Virus genome (UHGV): UHGV-0208142
DNA length: 42,627 nt
Source of the DNA: a virus
Direction: 5' to 3' (one strand)
Part shown: positions 27,366 to 35,369 of the stretch, piece by piece
How positions within the stretch are numbered: the first letter of the stretch is position 1
How the letters are laid out: each line of letters opens with the position of its first letter
Made by a program: the position numbers and the translations under genes
Notes under the pieces: generated by a model
The model's database searches: none
What the model was told of the DNA's origin: nothing
Seen by the model: only the letters and a program-made list of their open reading frames with translations

Positions 27366-27799
27366 TGGCTAACGTCATCTATCGCGGCCCGGTCGAGCGC
27401 GAGCCGGAGACCATCAACCTTCCTGTCGCATCTGCTCTCAATCCGGGGGTTGCCGTAAAAATCGCTTCCGGCAAGTTGGCGGCATCTGCAGACACTACCG
27501 GCCGCTGGTTCATCCTCGGAAATCGGCGCTTCATCGGTCAGGCGATTACTACCGCCTACGCAGCTAACGAGACTGGTGTGGCATATCGCGTGGAAGGGGA
27601 GCAGGAATACAACGTTCGCCTGGCAGCGGCAGCCTATACGGTAGGCCAAGAGCTGACCATCGGTACCGGCGGCGTATTCAAAGCGGCCGCAACCGGCAAC
27701 CAGGTCGTCGCAACGTTCGACGAAAAAGCAGGGCGCACTCTGGCGGCGGAAGGTTTCGCCGACGTGGTGATCCTCTCCACTCCGTACGCCAAGGCATAA
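27365..27799 (+). CDS. Head decoration / structural protein (DUF2190-like).
   Basis: 144 aa, Ala/Gly-rich. Lies immediately upstream of the major capsid gene. ATGA coupling. Confidence 0.5.
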   Translation: MANVIYRGPVEREPETINLPVASALNPGVAVKIASGKLAASADTTGRWFILGNRRFIGQAITTAYAANETGVAYRVEGEQEYNVRLAAAAYTVGQELTIGTGGVFKAAATGNQVVATFDEKAGRTLAAEGFADVVILSTPYAKA

Positions 27800-27810
27800 G
27801 GAAAACAAGA

Positions 27811-28842
27811 ATGTTAAAGTTTACTCCACAGCAGCAAAAGCTGATTCTCAATGCCCGCCGGCGCTGGGACATGATGCAGCGCAATATGGCTGCACAGCAT
27901 GGCTTTGCAGTCAACGATGCGAACGGTCAGTTCATTGCGTTTGATGAGCTTGTCGGTAACGCCTCCGTTCTGCCGAAAGATGTCTGGGGCGAATGGGACC
28001 GCTCTGCGATTACCGTTCAGCGTGACGTGCTGTCAGTGTTTAACGACCTGGCTGCCAGCGTTTCCCGCCCTATGGCTCTCGGTAAGATCGTCCATTACTT
28101 CATGACCCTGTCCGATTCCGGCGATGTAAACATCAGCCTGGATGGCCGCGGCAAGGCGAAGGGCGATCAGCCTGTCATGGATTACGAGGGCACGCCGCTG
28201 CCTATCATCGACAGTGAGCTGACATTCGGCTGGCGCCAGATGCTGGCTGCTCAGACTGAAGGTTATTCGCTGGACAGTGACGCTATTTCCAACCATCAGC
28301 GCAAAGTCGCTGAGAAGCTGGAAGACATGGTGCTGAACGGCGATCCAAACATCAACGTCGGAGGCGCGACCATTTATGGACTGCGTACTGCCCCTAACCG
28401 CGGAACCGGGACTCACGGCCTGACCCTGAACGGCGCCAGCGGCGCGCAGTGGGTTGCGGCAATCTCCGACCTGATTAACCTGCTGCATAACGAAAACTTC
28501 TATGCACCGGTGACGATCTACCTGAACTACAAAGACTGGTTCTACGCATCGGTTAACGACTATGCCGCGAACTATCCGAAGACCATCCTGTCCCGCATCA
28601 TGGAAATTCCAGGCGTGGCCGCGCTGGTTCCGGCCTCCAGAGTTCCGACCGATGAACTGCTTGGCGTTGTTAAACGCCCTGACGTCGTTCAGATCCTGAA
28701 TGGCATGCCGATGACCATGCGTCCGAAAGCACGCCTTAACCCGGAAGATGATTATGTCTTCTCGGTTCTGGCCGCCGCGGCTCCGCAGTTCAAACACGAT
28801 GCAAATGGCCAGGCTGGTTACGTTCAGCTGACCAAAGCATAA
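27811..28842 (+). CDS. Major capsid protein.
   Basis: 343 aa. Position and size. RBS AGGAAAACAAGA precedes the ATG. Confidence 0.8.
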   Translation: MLKFTPQQQKLILNARRRWDMMQRNMAAQHGFAVNDANGQFIAFDELVGNASVLPKDVWGEWDRSAITVQRDVLSVFNDLAASVSRPMALGKIVHYFMTLSDSGDVNISLDGRGKAKGDQPVMDYEGTPLPIIDSELTFGWRQMLAAQTEGYSLDSDAISNHQRKVAEKLEDMVLNGDPNINVGGATIYGLRTAPNRGTGTHGLTLNGASGAQWVAAISDLINLLHNENFYAPVTIYLNYKDWFYASVNDYAANYPKTILSRIMEIPGVAALVPASRVPTDELLGVVKRPDVVQILNGMPMTMRPKARLNPEDDYVFSVLAAAAPQFKHDANGQAGYVQLTKA

Positions 28843-28881
28843 CCTGTGGGGCTTCGGCCCCATCTTTTTTACGGAGGCCGC

Positions 28882-29169
28882 ATGGCTGGTAAAGAACAAC
28901 AATGGCTGCTCACCCATGACAGCCACGAACTTAAAAAGGGCGAAGTTTACAAAGGTGAAACTCTCCCGCTTTGGCTGGTTGGTAAGGCAACCCCCGTGGG
29001 AGATCAGGTGCTGGAGGTAGCGACCCCGGCCGATCTGCAAAAGCTGCAGGCTGACCTCGACGAGGCTAACGGCAAAGTAGAATCGCTGACCGCTGGTAAT
29101 GCCAAGCTGCAGGCTGACCTCGACGAGGCTCAGAAACAAATCGACGAGCTGAAGAAAAAGGCGAAATAA
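28882..29169 (+). CDS. Small structural-module protein with the internal repeat LQADLDEA.
   Basis: RBS GGAGG before the ATG at 28882. The six-frame ORF 28846..29169 is trimmed. The coiled-coil repeat K(L)QADLDEA occurs twice. Confidence 0.45.
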   Translation: MAGKEQQWLLTHDSHELKKGEVYKGETLPLWLVGKATPVGDQVLEVATPADLQKLQADLDEANGKVESLTAGNAKLQADLDEAQKQIDELKKKAK

Positions 29170-29171
29170 CC

Positions 29172-29552
29172 ATGGCTGACCCAATCACAGCGGCAGACGT
29201 GCAGGCGTTCCTCGGTGAATTGGGTTACTCCATCCCGGCCGCTCTGCTCGATCCGATTCTCTGCGTGGTGAACAAGATTATCCCGTGCCTTGATGGTGCG
29301 GGGTATGACGACTGCACGGCAAAGCTCATCCTGATGTATGCCGCTGCGCTCATGGCGACGTCTTCCGGTGCCCGGCGAATAAAATCGCAGGGGGCGCCAT
29401 CAGGAGCGTCCCGCTCGTTCGATTACGGTGACGATGGCATCACCTGGCTGCGTGACTCGCTGGCGAAACTGGATACCAGTGGCTGCACCAGTGAACTACC
29501 GATCAGCGCCGGGAACAGTGTGGGCCTGTTTCTGGTGGTCGGGGGCTGCTAA
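29172..29552 (+). CDS. Head-tail connector / head completion protein.
   Basis: 126 aa, in the canonical position after the capsid gene. Confidence 0.5.
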   Translation: MADPITAADVQAFLGELGYSIPAALLDPILCVVNKIIPCLDGAGYDDCTAKLILMYAAALMATSSGARRIKSQGAPSGASRSFDYGDDGITWLRDSLAKLDTSGCTSELPISAGNSVGLFLVVGGC

Positions 29553-29725
29553 TGGCGTGGGTTTCAGTTCAGCAAAGGCTGCCGCGGACGTTTACCCGGG
29601 TGTGGGTGATCACCGATACCGGCGAGCAAACGACGGCGTACGTGAAAAGCGACGGCGAGTGGTTCATTAACTGCGACCGCATACGCGCCACAGGCGCCGT
29701 TGTGTTGCGATGGAGGGATGACTGA
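29552..29725 (+). CDS. Small 57-aa protein.
   Basis: Coupled starts (TAATG at 29552; TGATG at 29725). Too short for the ORF track. Confidence 0.35.
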   Translation: MAWVSVQQRLPRTFTRVWVITDTGEQTTAYVKSDGEWFINCDRIRATGAVVLRWRDD

Positions 29726-30087
29726 TGTCTTCGGTAGCTAATTGGTCATTCACCGCGACGGCGACAGTCTGGCGGCGCATACGCGATGCTGACGGTAGCG
29801 ATACCGACGGCGGAGGTCAGCCTTACGGGTGGGAAGCGCCGATCGCTATCCTCTGCGACTACCAGGGCGGACTCTCTGCAAAAATCGGTGACCTTGGCCG
29901 GGAGATCGTGGTTAAAAACACGATATGGACCGAGTACGCAACGGCGCGGGAAGGGGATTACATCCTGATTGGCGCGTCGACAGATGCGGCTCCGCCGGAC
30001 GAGGCCGACGAGATACGGCAGATCGTCCAATTCGCAGATACGTTCGAGCGACTGGCAGATGACTATGCGATTTTGACAGGAGTCTGA
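29725..30087 (+). CDS. Head-tail joining protein.
   Basis: 120 aa in a coupled operon. Confidence 0.45.
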   Translation: MSSVANWSFTATATVWRRIRDADGSDTDGGGQPYGWEAPIAILCDYQGGLSAKIGDLGREIVVKNTIWTEYATAREGDYILIGASTDAAPPDEADEIRQIVQFADTFERLADDYAILTGV

Positions 30088-30089
30088 TT

Positions 30090-30458
30090 ATGGGCGCTAA
30101 AGTTCGCGGCATCCGCCAGGCGAAGGCCAACCTCGATCGCATCATCAAAGACGTCCAGGGGCGTAAAGTCGTGCGAGCAATCCAGTCTGCGATGCTTATT
30201 GGCAGTGCGCAGGCTGCGCTTTACACCCCGATCGATACGTCGACGCTTATCAACAGCCAGTTCCGCGAAATCATGGCTAACGGCACCAGGGTAACCGGGC
30301 GCGTTGGTTATTCGGCCAACTACGCGGTTTATGTTCACGACCCGGCAGTGAAACAGAACTTCACGCGAGCAACGGCCCGTAAGGAGTTCTTAACGAAGGG
30401 CTTCGAAGATACCCGCAGCCAGATTGACGCGGTGGTGAAGAAGGAGCTTTCGCTATGA
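30090..30458 (+). CDS. HK97 gp10-like tail-component protein.
   Basis: 122 aa. Resembles the gp10 family by motif and position. Confidence 0.55.
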   Translation: MGAKVRGIRQAKANLDRIIKDVQGRKVVRAIQSAMLIGSAQAALYTPIDTSTLINSQFREIMANGTRVTGRVGYSANYAVYVHDPAVKQNFTRATARKEFLTKGFEDTRSQIDAVVKKELSL

Positions 30459-30838
30459 CCCCTCCGATGTATATGCGCCTCAAAGACCTGTTTGTGGCTG
30501 AGGGGCTTACCGCGGGGTTTAAGGTCCAGTGGCGGCAATGGCGCGATACCGGGAAAGACACGGACCAGTTCATTGTGTTCAGGCCTTCCGGCGGCACCGA
30601 TATCACCTTCGACCTTGGCGGCGACTGGTATGTGATGGTTGATGTGATCTCCTCGAAGGCGAATCCCGATGCTGCTGACGCCGCGGTAAACGCCATTGTC
30701 GAGTACATCAGCGCTCAATCTGGCGCCGATGATTGCGTTGGCGCGCTGCGGCTTGTCGGCAATGTGCCGGCGCCGATCCCCACCGAAGAGGGCCGGTTAG
30801 TAACCCGGCTGCTCGTCTCCTGCACATACGGCGAATAA
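30455..30838 (+). CDS. Tail terminator / tail completion protein (DUF3168-like).
   Basis: 127 aa. ATGA coupling. Lies just before the major tail protein gene. Confidence 0.5.
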   Translation: MTPPMYMRLKDLFVAEGLTAGFKVQWRQWRDTGKDTDQFIVFRPSGGTDITFDLGGDWYVMVDVISSKANPDAADAAVNAIVEYISAQSGADDCVGALRLVGNVPAPIPTEEGRLVTRLLVSCTYGE

Positions 30839-30896
30839 TCGTCAGAATCACCCATCAGGCTGCCATATGGCGGCCTTTTTTAATTGAGAGGCATAC

Positions 30897-31661
30897 ATGC
30901 AAGGCTGCGCTAATGACACCGGCAAGCTGATTGGTAAGGTGGCCGTGCTCCGCATGGCTTTTGGCTGTGCTGATACGGTTCCTGCGCTTTCCGAATGGAA
31001 GCGACTCGGCGCCATGACCACCAAGGGCTTCGACTACTCCATGAATACCGTCACCTCTGAGGCTGACGATACGAAGGGGCTGGTTGAGAACCTGGTCAAC
31101 AATATGGACTTCACCATCTCAGGAGAAGGTGAGTTCCGCAAAAAAGACAAGACGACTGAAGTCGGCGCTATTGCCATCTCGAAATATATTTTCGATGAAG
31201 TGCAGGCCGGCCGTCAGCCGACAGTCTGGGTCCGCTTCGACTTCACTGGTGAAGACGCTGGCACTTATATCATGGGCTACTTCAACACCACATCCTGGTC
31301 TGGTGATTTCGGCACCTCGGATATTTCGACCTTCTCTGGTGAGTGGAAAGTTGCTGATGCAGACTCCGTGGTATTTGAGGTCGCTCCGCCGGCGCTGGCG
31401 TTCACCACCAACCTGCCGACGACCAAGAGCGTGACGGCCGGATCGGCGCTGAATATGTCGGTCGTGGTTGAGGGTGGCACTTCTCCTTACACCTATGTCT
31501 GGAAGAAAGACGGCACGGTTGCCAGCGGGCAAACAACGGCGACCTTCAACAAGGCCAGCGCTGCTTCCGGTGATGCCGGGGTTTATACCTGTGAAGTCAC
31601 CGACTCTTCCGCGACACCAGTCAAGATCACGTCTGCATCCTGCACGGTCACTATCAGTTAA
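30897..31661 (+). CDS. Major tail protein with a C-terminal Ig-like domain.
   Basis: 254 aa. The C-terminal 90 aa have a Big_2-like T/S-rich beta pattern (GVYTCEVTD). Confidence 0.7.
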   Translation: MQGCANDTGKLIGKVAVLRMAFGCADTVPALSEWKRLGAMTTKGFDYSMNTVTSEADDTKGLVENLVNNMDFTISGEGEFRKKDKTTEVGAIAISKYIFDEVQAGRQPTVWVRFDFTGEDAGTYIMGYFNTTSWSGDFGTSDISTFSGEWKVADADSVVFEVAPPALAFTTNLPTTKSVTAGSALNMSVVVEGGTSPYTYVWKKDGTVASGQTTATFNKASAASGDAGVYTCEVTDSSATPVKITSASCTVTIS

Positions 31662-31729
31662 CCGCCAGGCCATTTCGTGAATAGTACAAAGGGCGTTTAC
31701 GCGCCCTTGATACTGTTTATGGAGCGACT

Positions 31730-32434
31730 ATGATCCCGATTAAAGAATTAGGCGAATGCGTTATCGGTACCGGTGACCGGGAATTCTTTTTCCGGCCGTC
31801 GTTTCGCAACATGGCGCGAATCGGTGAGCCCGAGGAGATTGTTCAGGCGTTCTATGACCTGTGCAATGACGAGGCGACGCCATTCGCGCAGCGCGCAGCT
31901 GAGGCCTATATCCGCGATGAGTACAGCCGCCTTCCTGATTGCGTCCTGCGGTTTATGCAAAGCGGGCTCCTGTCACGCAAAGCGATCATGGCCGCGCATA
32001 CGGTACTGACAGCATGTTGTGACGATGATATCGGCGATCTGGTTGGATGGATGAAGCCGGGGAAATCACGCAAGCGTGGCTTTGTCTGGCGGCCCGGCAG
32101 CATGACGCCGGAAATTATGGTCATCGTCGCGCAAAACCTGATGATGCACGGCATCATCGGCAAAGCGAAGGTGCGCAAGCTGCAGCGTTACGAAACGAAC
32201 GAGACAACCGCAGAATTCCGCGCCGCCGACTACATCATGGCGGCCCGCAACCATTTCGGCATAAGCCGGGAAGAGGCCGAGAACCTCACGATGACAGAGT
32301 TCGCCATGATGATTAACGCCAAATACCCCAATCAGAACGGCTTCACGCGCGAAGAGTACGACACGGTCATGGACGAAGACGATCGCCGCTGGCAGGCGAT
32401 GATGCAACAAGAGCAAGCCAGTAAAACCAAATAA
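31730..32434 (+). CDS. Tail assembly chaperone (G/GT position). No frameshift site was identified.
   Basis: 234 aa, acidic. Lies between the major tail and tape measure genes. Followed by a terminator. Confidence 0.45.
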   Translation: MIPIKELGECVIGTGDREFFFRPSFRNMARIGEPEEIVQAFYDLCNDEATPFAQRAAEAYIRDEYSRLPDCVLRFMQSGLLSRKAIMAAHTVLTACCDDDIGDLVGWMKPGKSRKRGFVWRPGSMTPEIMVIVAQNLMMHGIIGKAKVRKLQRYETNETTAEFRAADYIMAARNHFGISREEAENLTMTEFAMMINAKYPNQNGFTREEYDTVMDEDDRRWQAMMQQEQASKTK

Positions 32435-32437
32435 ACC

Positions 32438-32467
32438 AGCCTCGGCATAGGCCGGGGCTTTTTTATA
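32438..32467 (+). terminator. Intrinsic terminator after the chaperone gene.
   Basis: 9-bp stem AGCCTCGGC/GCCGGGGCT with one T-G wobble and loop atag, followed by T6AT. Confidence 0.5.
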
Positions 32468-32610
32468 CCCGCAACAAATCGCGCACTCCCCGCGCATATC
32501 AAACCAAGAGCCCTTTTCGGGATATGAGACAGAGATAGGACGGTGGCTTTCATCGTGCCGCTCTTGGGCTGTCCATATCTGGGGAACTGGCTCATATCAC
32601 CAAAAAGGAA

Positions 32611-33114
32611 ATGACGATGACAGAACTTTCTCTGTTCAATAAACCTGTGCGCGTTGACCGTGACGGCATGATCTGCCTGACCGATATGTGGAAGGCAAGC
32701 GGGAAAAGCGACGCTGAATCCCCTTATCACTACCTTCGTAACAAGCAGACAAAGGAATTTTTAGCGGAGCTGGAGAAAAACCACGAATCTGTGGTTTTTA
32801 CTGTTCGCGGTGTTCATGGGGGAACCTATGGCGGAAAGTTTGTAGCTTATGATTACGCAGCATGGCTAAATCCGGGATTTAAGTATGCGGCGTACAAGGT
32901 TCTGGATGATTATTTCACTGGGCAGTTACAGCGTAAAAGCGATCTGGTTGCTGACCTGAATTTGACACTGCTTGAGTTTGACAACAAAAAGGATTTCGCC
33001 AGCCACTGCGGCAGTGGGCTGAATGGATGGAAGCATGAAAAGCCATTGCTCATTGCTCGGATTAAATCATTAACCGATCAACTTCAAATCAGCATCCCTG
33101 GCTTGCAGCCATGA
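32611..33114 (+). CDS. KilA-N domain protein (moron).
   Basis: 167 aa. N-terminal KPVRVDRDGMICLTDMWKASGK is typical of the KilA-N DNA-binding fold. Confidence 0.7.
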   Translation: MTMTELSLFNKPVRVDRDGMICLTDMWKASGKSDAESPYHYLRNKQTKEFLAELEKNHESVVFTVRGVHGGTYGGKFVAYDYAAWLNPGFKYAAYKVLDDYFTGQLQRKSDLVADLNLTLLEFDNKKDFASHCGSGLNGWKHEKPLLIARIKSLTDQLQISIPGLQP

Positions 33115-33365
33115 ATAACCGAATCGTTGAGTGCGCCTCCAGAGCGGGGCGCGACTTCTCGGAGTTCATGAAAGGCGAGAAGAACATGATGGAGGCGTTG
33201 CGATCTTCTGAGGAGTTCACCGAGCAGTTACGCATTCACGGCTGCGTTAATCACCACTTCGTCAATTTCATGATGATGAAAGCGATCGTAAAGGTGTTTG
33301 ATGATTTACGCCGAGAGGAGTTGCGGGAAGAGCGACGACGCAAACGTGAAGAGAAGAAGAAATGA
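33111..33365 (+). CDS. Small 84-aa protein with a K/R/E-rich tail.
   Basis: ATGA-coupled to the KilA-N gene. Confidence 0.4.
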   Translation: MNNRIVECASRAGRDFSEFMKGEKNMMEALRSSEEFTEQLRIHGCVNHHFVNFMMMKAIVKVFDDLRREELREERRRKREEKKK

Positions 33366-33778
33366 GCCAACCACGGTGGGCTTTTTACTCCCTCATATCC
33401 CTGCTAATCTGTCCAAAACTAACCAGTGGGGATAGGGATATGAGGAAGATTGTATTGTTGTTTCTATTAAGCGGATTCTTTAGCTACGCATATGCAGATG
33501 AGTGCGTTGGATCAGATGGTTACAGTGTTTGCACGAGTACTAGCGAGGCGGCTAACGGGGACACAACCATCTCATCTTACGATACTGAAGGTAATAATTA
33601 CTCTGTAACATCTGGAACAAGGAATCATTCTGATGGTTCGACGGAGGTGTTTTCTAGTGACTCTGATGGGAATCAGTATTCAGTGAAAAGTTGGTGTGAT
33701 TCCTCAGGCTGCCATAGTTCCGACAGTGATGGAAATACGTGCACAATAACAAATTCAGGCGAAACTATTGGTTGCTGA
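33362..33778 (+). CDS. Secreted or membrane-anchored low-complexity protein with D-G-x-YSV repeats. An alternative start at 33440 gives a classic signal peptide (MRKIVLLFLLSGFFSYAYA).
   Basis: AT-rich. Repeats of SDGxxxYSVxS. Cys-rich. 18-bp block TGGGGATAGGGATATGAG at 33427-33444. Confidence 0.5.
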   Translation: MSQPRWAFYSLISLLICPKLTSGDRDMRKIVLLFLLSGFFSYAYADECVGSDGYSVCTSTSEAANGDTTISSYDTEGNNYSVTSGTRNHSDGSTEVFSSDSDGNQYSVKSWCDSSGCHSSDSDGNTCTITNSGETIGC

Positions 33779-33785
33779 GGTTGCT

Positions 33786-34106
33786 ATGTGGAAAAAAACA
33801 ATATCTGTGATCGTTGTTATCCTTATCGCTTTTTCAATTTTTGTATACACAAGCATTTCGTTTTTTGCTGTGCAGCCAATTGGCGCGATCCCTGAAGGTG
33901 CAACGTTTATAATGTGGAAGAAGGGGAAAATGAGTACATTCGAAAGCCCTGATGGATTATGCATCAAAGTAACCGGCGGGGTAAGCCTTATGTGTCGTAG
34001 TATGATGCTTAGAACAGCTATGGATGATAGGGCTGTGCTCTTTAAAATGCCATACATTAAGTCTATATACTTAAAGTCGACTGGTGGTAAAGAGTTTGAC
34101 AGATAG
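33786..34106 (+). CDS. Small membrane protein (106 aa) with an N-terminal TM.
   Basis: MWKKTISVIVVILIAFSIFVYTSISFFAV. AT-rich. RBS GAGGTTG. The six-frame ORF 33768..34106 is trimmed to this start. Confidence 0.45.
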   Translation: MWKKTISVIVVILIAFSIFVYTSISFFAVQPIGAIPEGATFIMWKKGKMSTFESPDGLCIKVTGGVSLMCRSMMLRTAMDDRAVLFKMPYIKSIYLKSTGGKEFDR

Positions 34107-34136
34107 TCAGATACACCCCAAACGACAGAGAAGAAG

Positions 34137-34162
34137 CCCACCGAACGGTGGGTTTTCTATTT
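34137..34162. terminator. Bidirectional intrinsic terminator between convergent moron genes.
   Basis: Stem CCCACCG/CGGTGGG with loop aa, flanked by T-rich tracts on both strands. The minus-strand gene's stop lies in the T-run. Confidence 0.55.
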
Positions 34163-34474
34163 CAAGTTGATGAACAAAACAAACAAGACCAAAACGACGA
34201 CTATGGCACCTATGACAGAGCCAATATTTGCAAGGTCCATTTCTTTTTGAGCGACAGTAGCATTCAACCTTTCAGTTTCAGCATTAATCTTTGCGATTTC
34301 TTCGTTTTTGGCGCTCGTAATTGCTTCAAGTTCTTGCGAAAGCACGTTGTAAATGGCGATTTTCGCTTCTTCGGGTATCGCATGAAGGCTTTCTATCGCT
34401 GCGCGTGTGCCTCTTGAGGGTGAATTCCTTGGCAAGCAGGAAACGCTACCAGCACCTAAGTTTGATGTAAACAT
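34157..34474 (-). CDS. Convergent minus-strand moron: C-terminally anchored coiled-coil membrane protein. The N-terminus is uncertain; the real product may be much shorter, as little as a 27-aa hydrophobic peptide.
   Basis: AT-rich. C-terminal SVIGAIVVVLVLFVLFINLK. The first 30 codons overlap a + ORF and look low-complexity. Confidence 0.35.
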   Translation of the reverse strand: MFTSNLGAGSVSCLPRNSPSRGTRAAIESLHAIPEEAKIAIYNVLSQELEAITSAKNEEIAKINAETERLNATVAQKEMDLANIGSVIGAIVVVLVLFVLFINLK

Positions 34475-34796
34475 TCCGCTTCAATGGTGGATCGATAACA
34501 ACCCGTTGGTTCGCAGTGGCAACCTGTCATTTGGGAAGTCTCTAACCGCCCCGTCTTTTGACGTGACGATGGAGATGCTTTGTGGTGACAACTCGACATC
34601 TGCGGCCATTCGCCTGATTAACGTTCTGGAAGAGGCAGGCTTTGATGTATCAGCGCCGAAGGCTGAAATTGTGGCGATGCGCAAACATCTGGGTAATGTC
34701 GAGTACGGCATGAAGGCTATAGCTGACGCTTGCCGTCGGGCGGGGAACAAAACAATCTCGTTTCGAGGCGCAAAGGCTGAGTTTGTGATCGGCTAA
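34407..34796 (+). CDS. Hypothetical protein with the internal repeat (L/T)APxFDV. Start is ambiguous: GTG at 34407, or ATG at 34570.
   Basis: Repeats TLPAPKFDVNIP and LTAPSFDVTME suggest coding upstream of the first ATG. Followed by a terminator. Confidence 0.4.
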   Translation: MPLEGEFLGKQETLPAPKFDVNIPLQWWIDNNPLVRSGNLSFGKSLTAPSFDVTMEMLCGDNSTSAAIRLINVLEEAGFDVSAPKAEIVAMRKHLGNVEYGMKAIADACRRAGNKTISFRGAKAEFVIG

Positions 34797-34818
34797 GAGA
34801 TCCGCCTTGATAACCAAA

Positions 34819-34840
34819 CCCGCTTAACTGCGGGTTTTGT
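34819..34840 (+). terminator. Intrinsic terminator.
   Basis: Stem CCCGC/GCGGG with loop ttaact, followed by TTTTGT. Shares the AACCAAACCCGCT prefix with the terminator at 38741. Confidence 0.5.
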
Positions 34841-35310
34841 CGTATCGCTCTCCCTCTGCTACGATTGCCGCATCATTTACTGATGGGGATAGGGATATGA
34901 GCTTTGCCAGTCAATCTACGCAGCAAATTTTTCCATTTCCGGCTGACGTTGCCTTTGAAAAACTTTTAGAGGCTATTCCAGAAGTCGGGATGACGATTAA
35001 ACAGAAGGATGACACACTTCGCCGAGTTTCCGTAAGTGCTGGAATTTCACTTTTCTCATGGGGTGAAAATGTGTCTATTGTGGTGAATTCCGTCGGCGAA
35101 AACTCATGCGTCGTCGGTATAGACTCCGCCCTGAAGTTAGGCGTTAACGTGACAGGTGCACACAGGCATCAGAAAAACTTCGACAAAATCATTTATGCAC
35201 TTAGCGGCAAATTAAAAGAGTGGCAAAGGCAGCAGCCTTTAGATCTCGGTCCCGAAAAAACAGATGATGAGTATCTCGAAGAGGCCCGAAGAAAAGCTGG
35301 GCTAATATAA
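34837..35310 (+). CDS. Hypothetical moron protein (157 aa, or 137 aa from the ATG at 34897).
   Basis: Second copy of the 18-bp block TGGGGATAGGGATATGAG at 34884-34901, covering the internal Met. Confidence 0.5.
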   Translation: MSYRSPSATIAASFTDGDRDMSFASQSTQQIFPFPADVAFEKLLEAIPEVGMTIKQKDDTLRRVSVSAGISLFSWGENVSIVVNSVGENSCVVGIDSALKLGVNVTGAHRHQKNFDKIIYALSGKLKEWQRQQPLDLGPEKTDDEYLEEARRKAGLI

Positions 35311-35324
35311 CAAAACTCAACCCC

Positions 35325-35351
35325 AAAACCTCGCTTCGGCGGGGTTTTTTA
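35325..35351 (+). terminator. Intrinsic terminator with a UUCG tetraloop, immediately before the tape measure gene.
   Basis: Stem CCTCGC/GCGGGG with loop TTCG, followed by T6AT. Confidence 0.55.
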
Positions 35352-35369
35352 TTGCCCGGAGAAAAGGAA

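Noticed and set aside
28033-29184. 383-aa minus-strand ORF
   Set aside because: It is antisense to the major capsid gene and neighbouring structural genes, and its translation is low-complexity. This is the typical long shadow ORF of a GC-rich gene.
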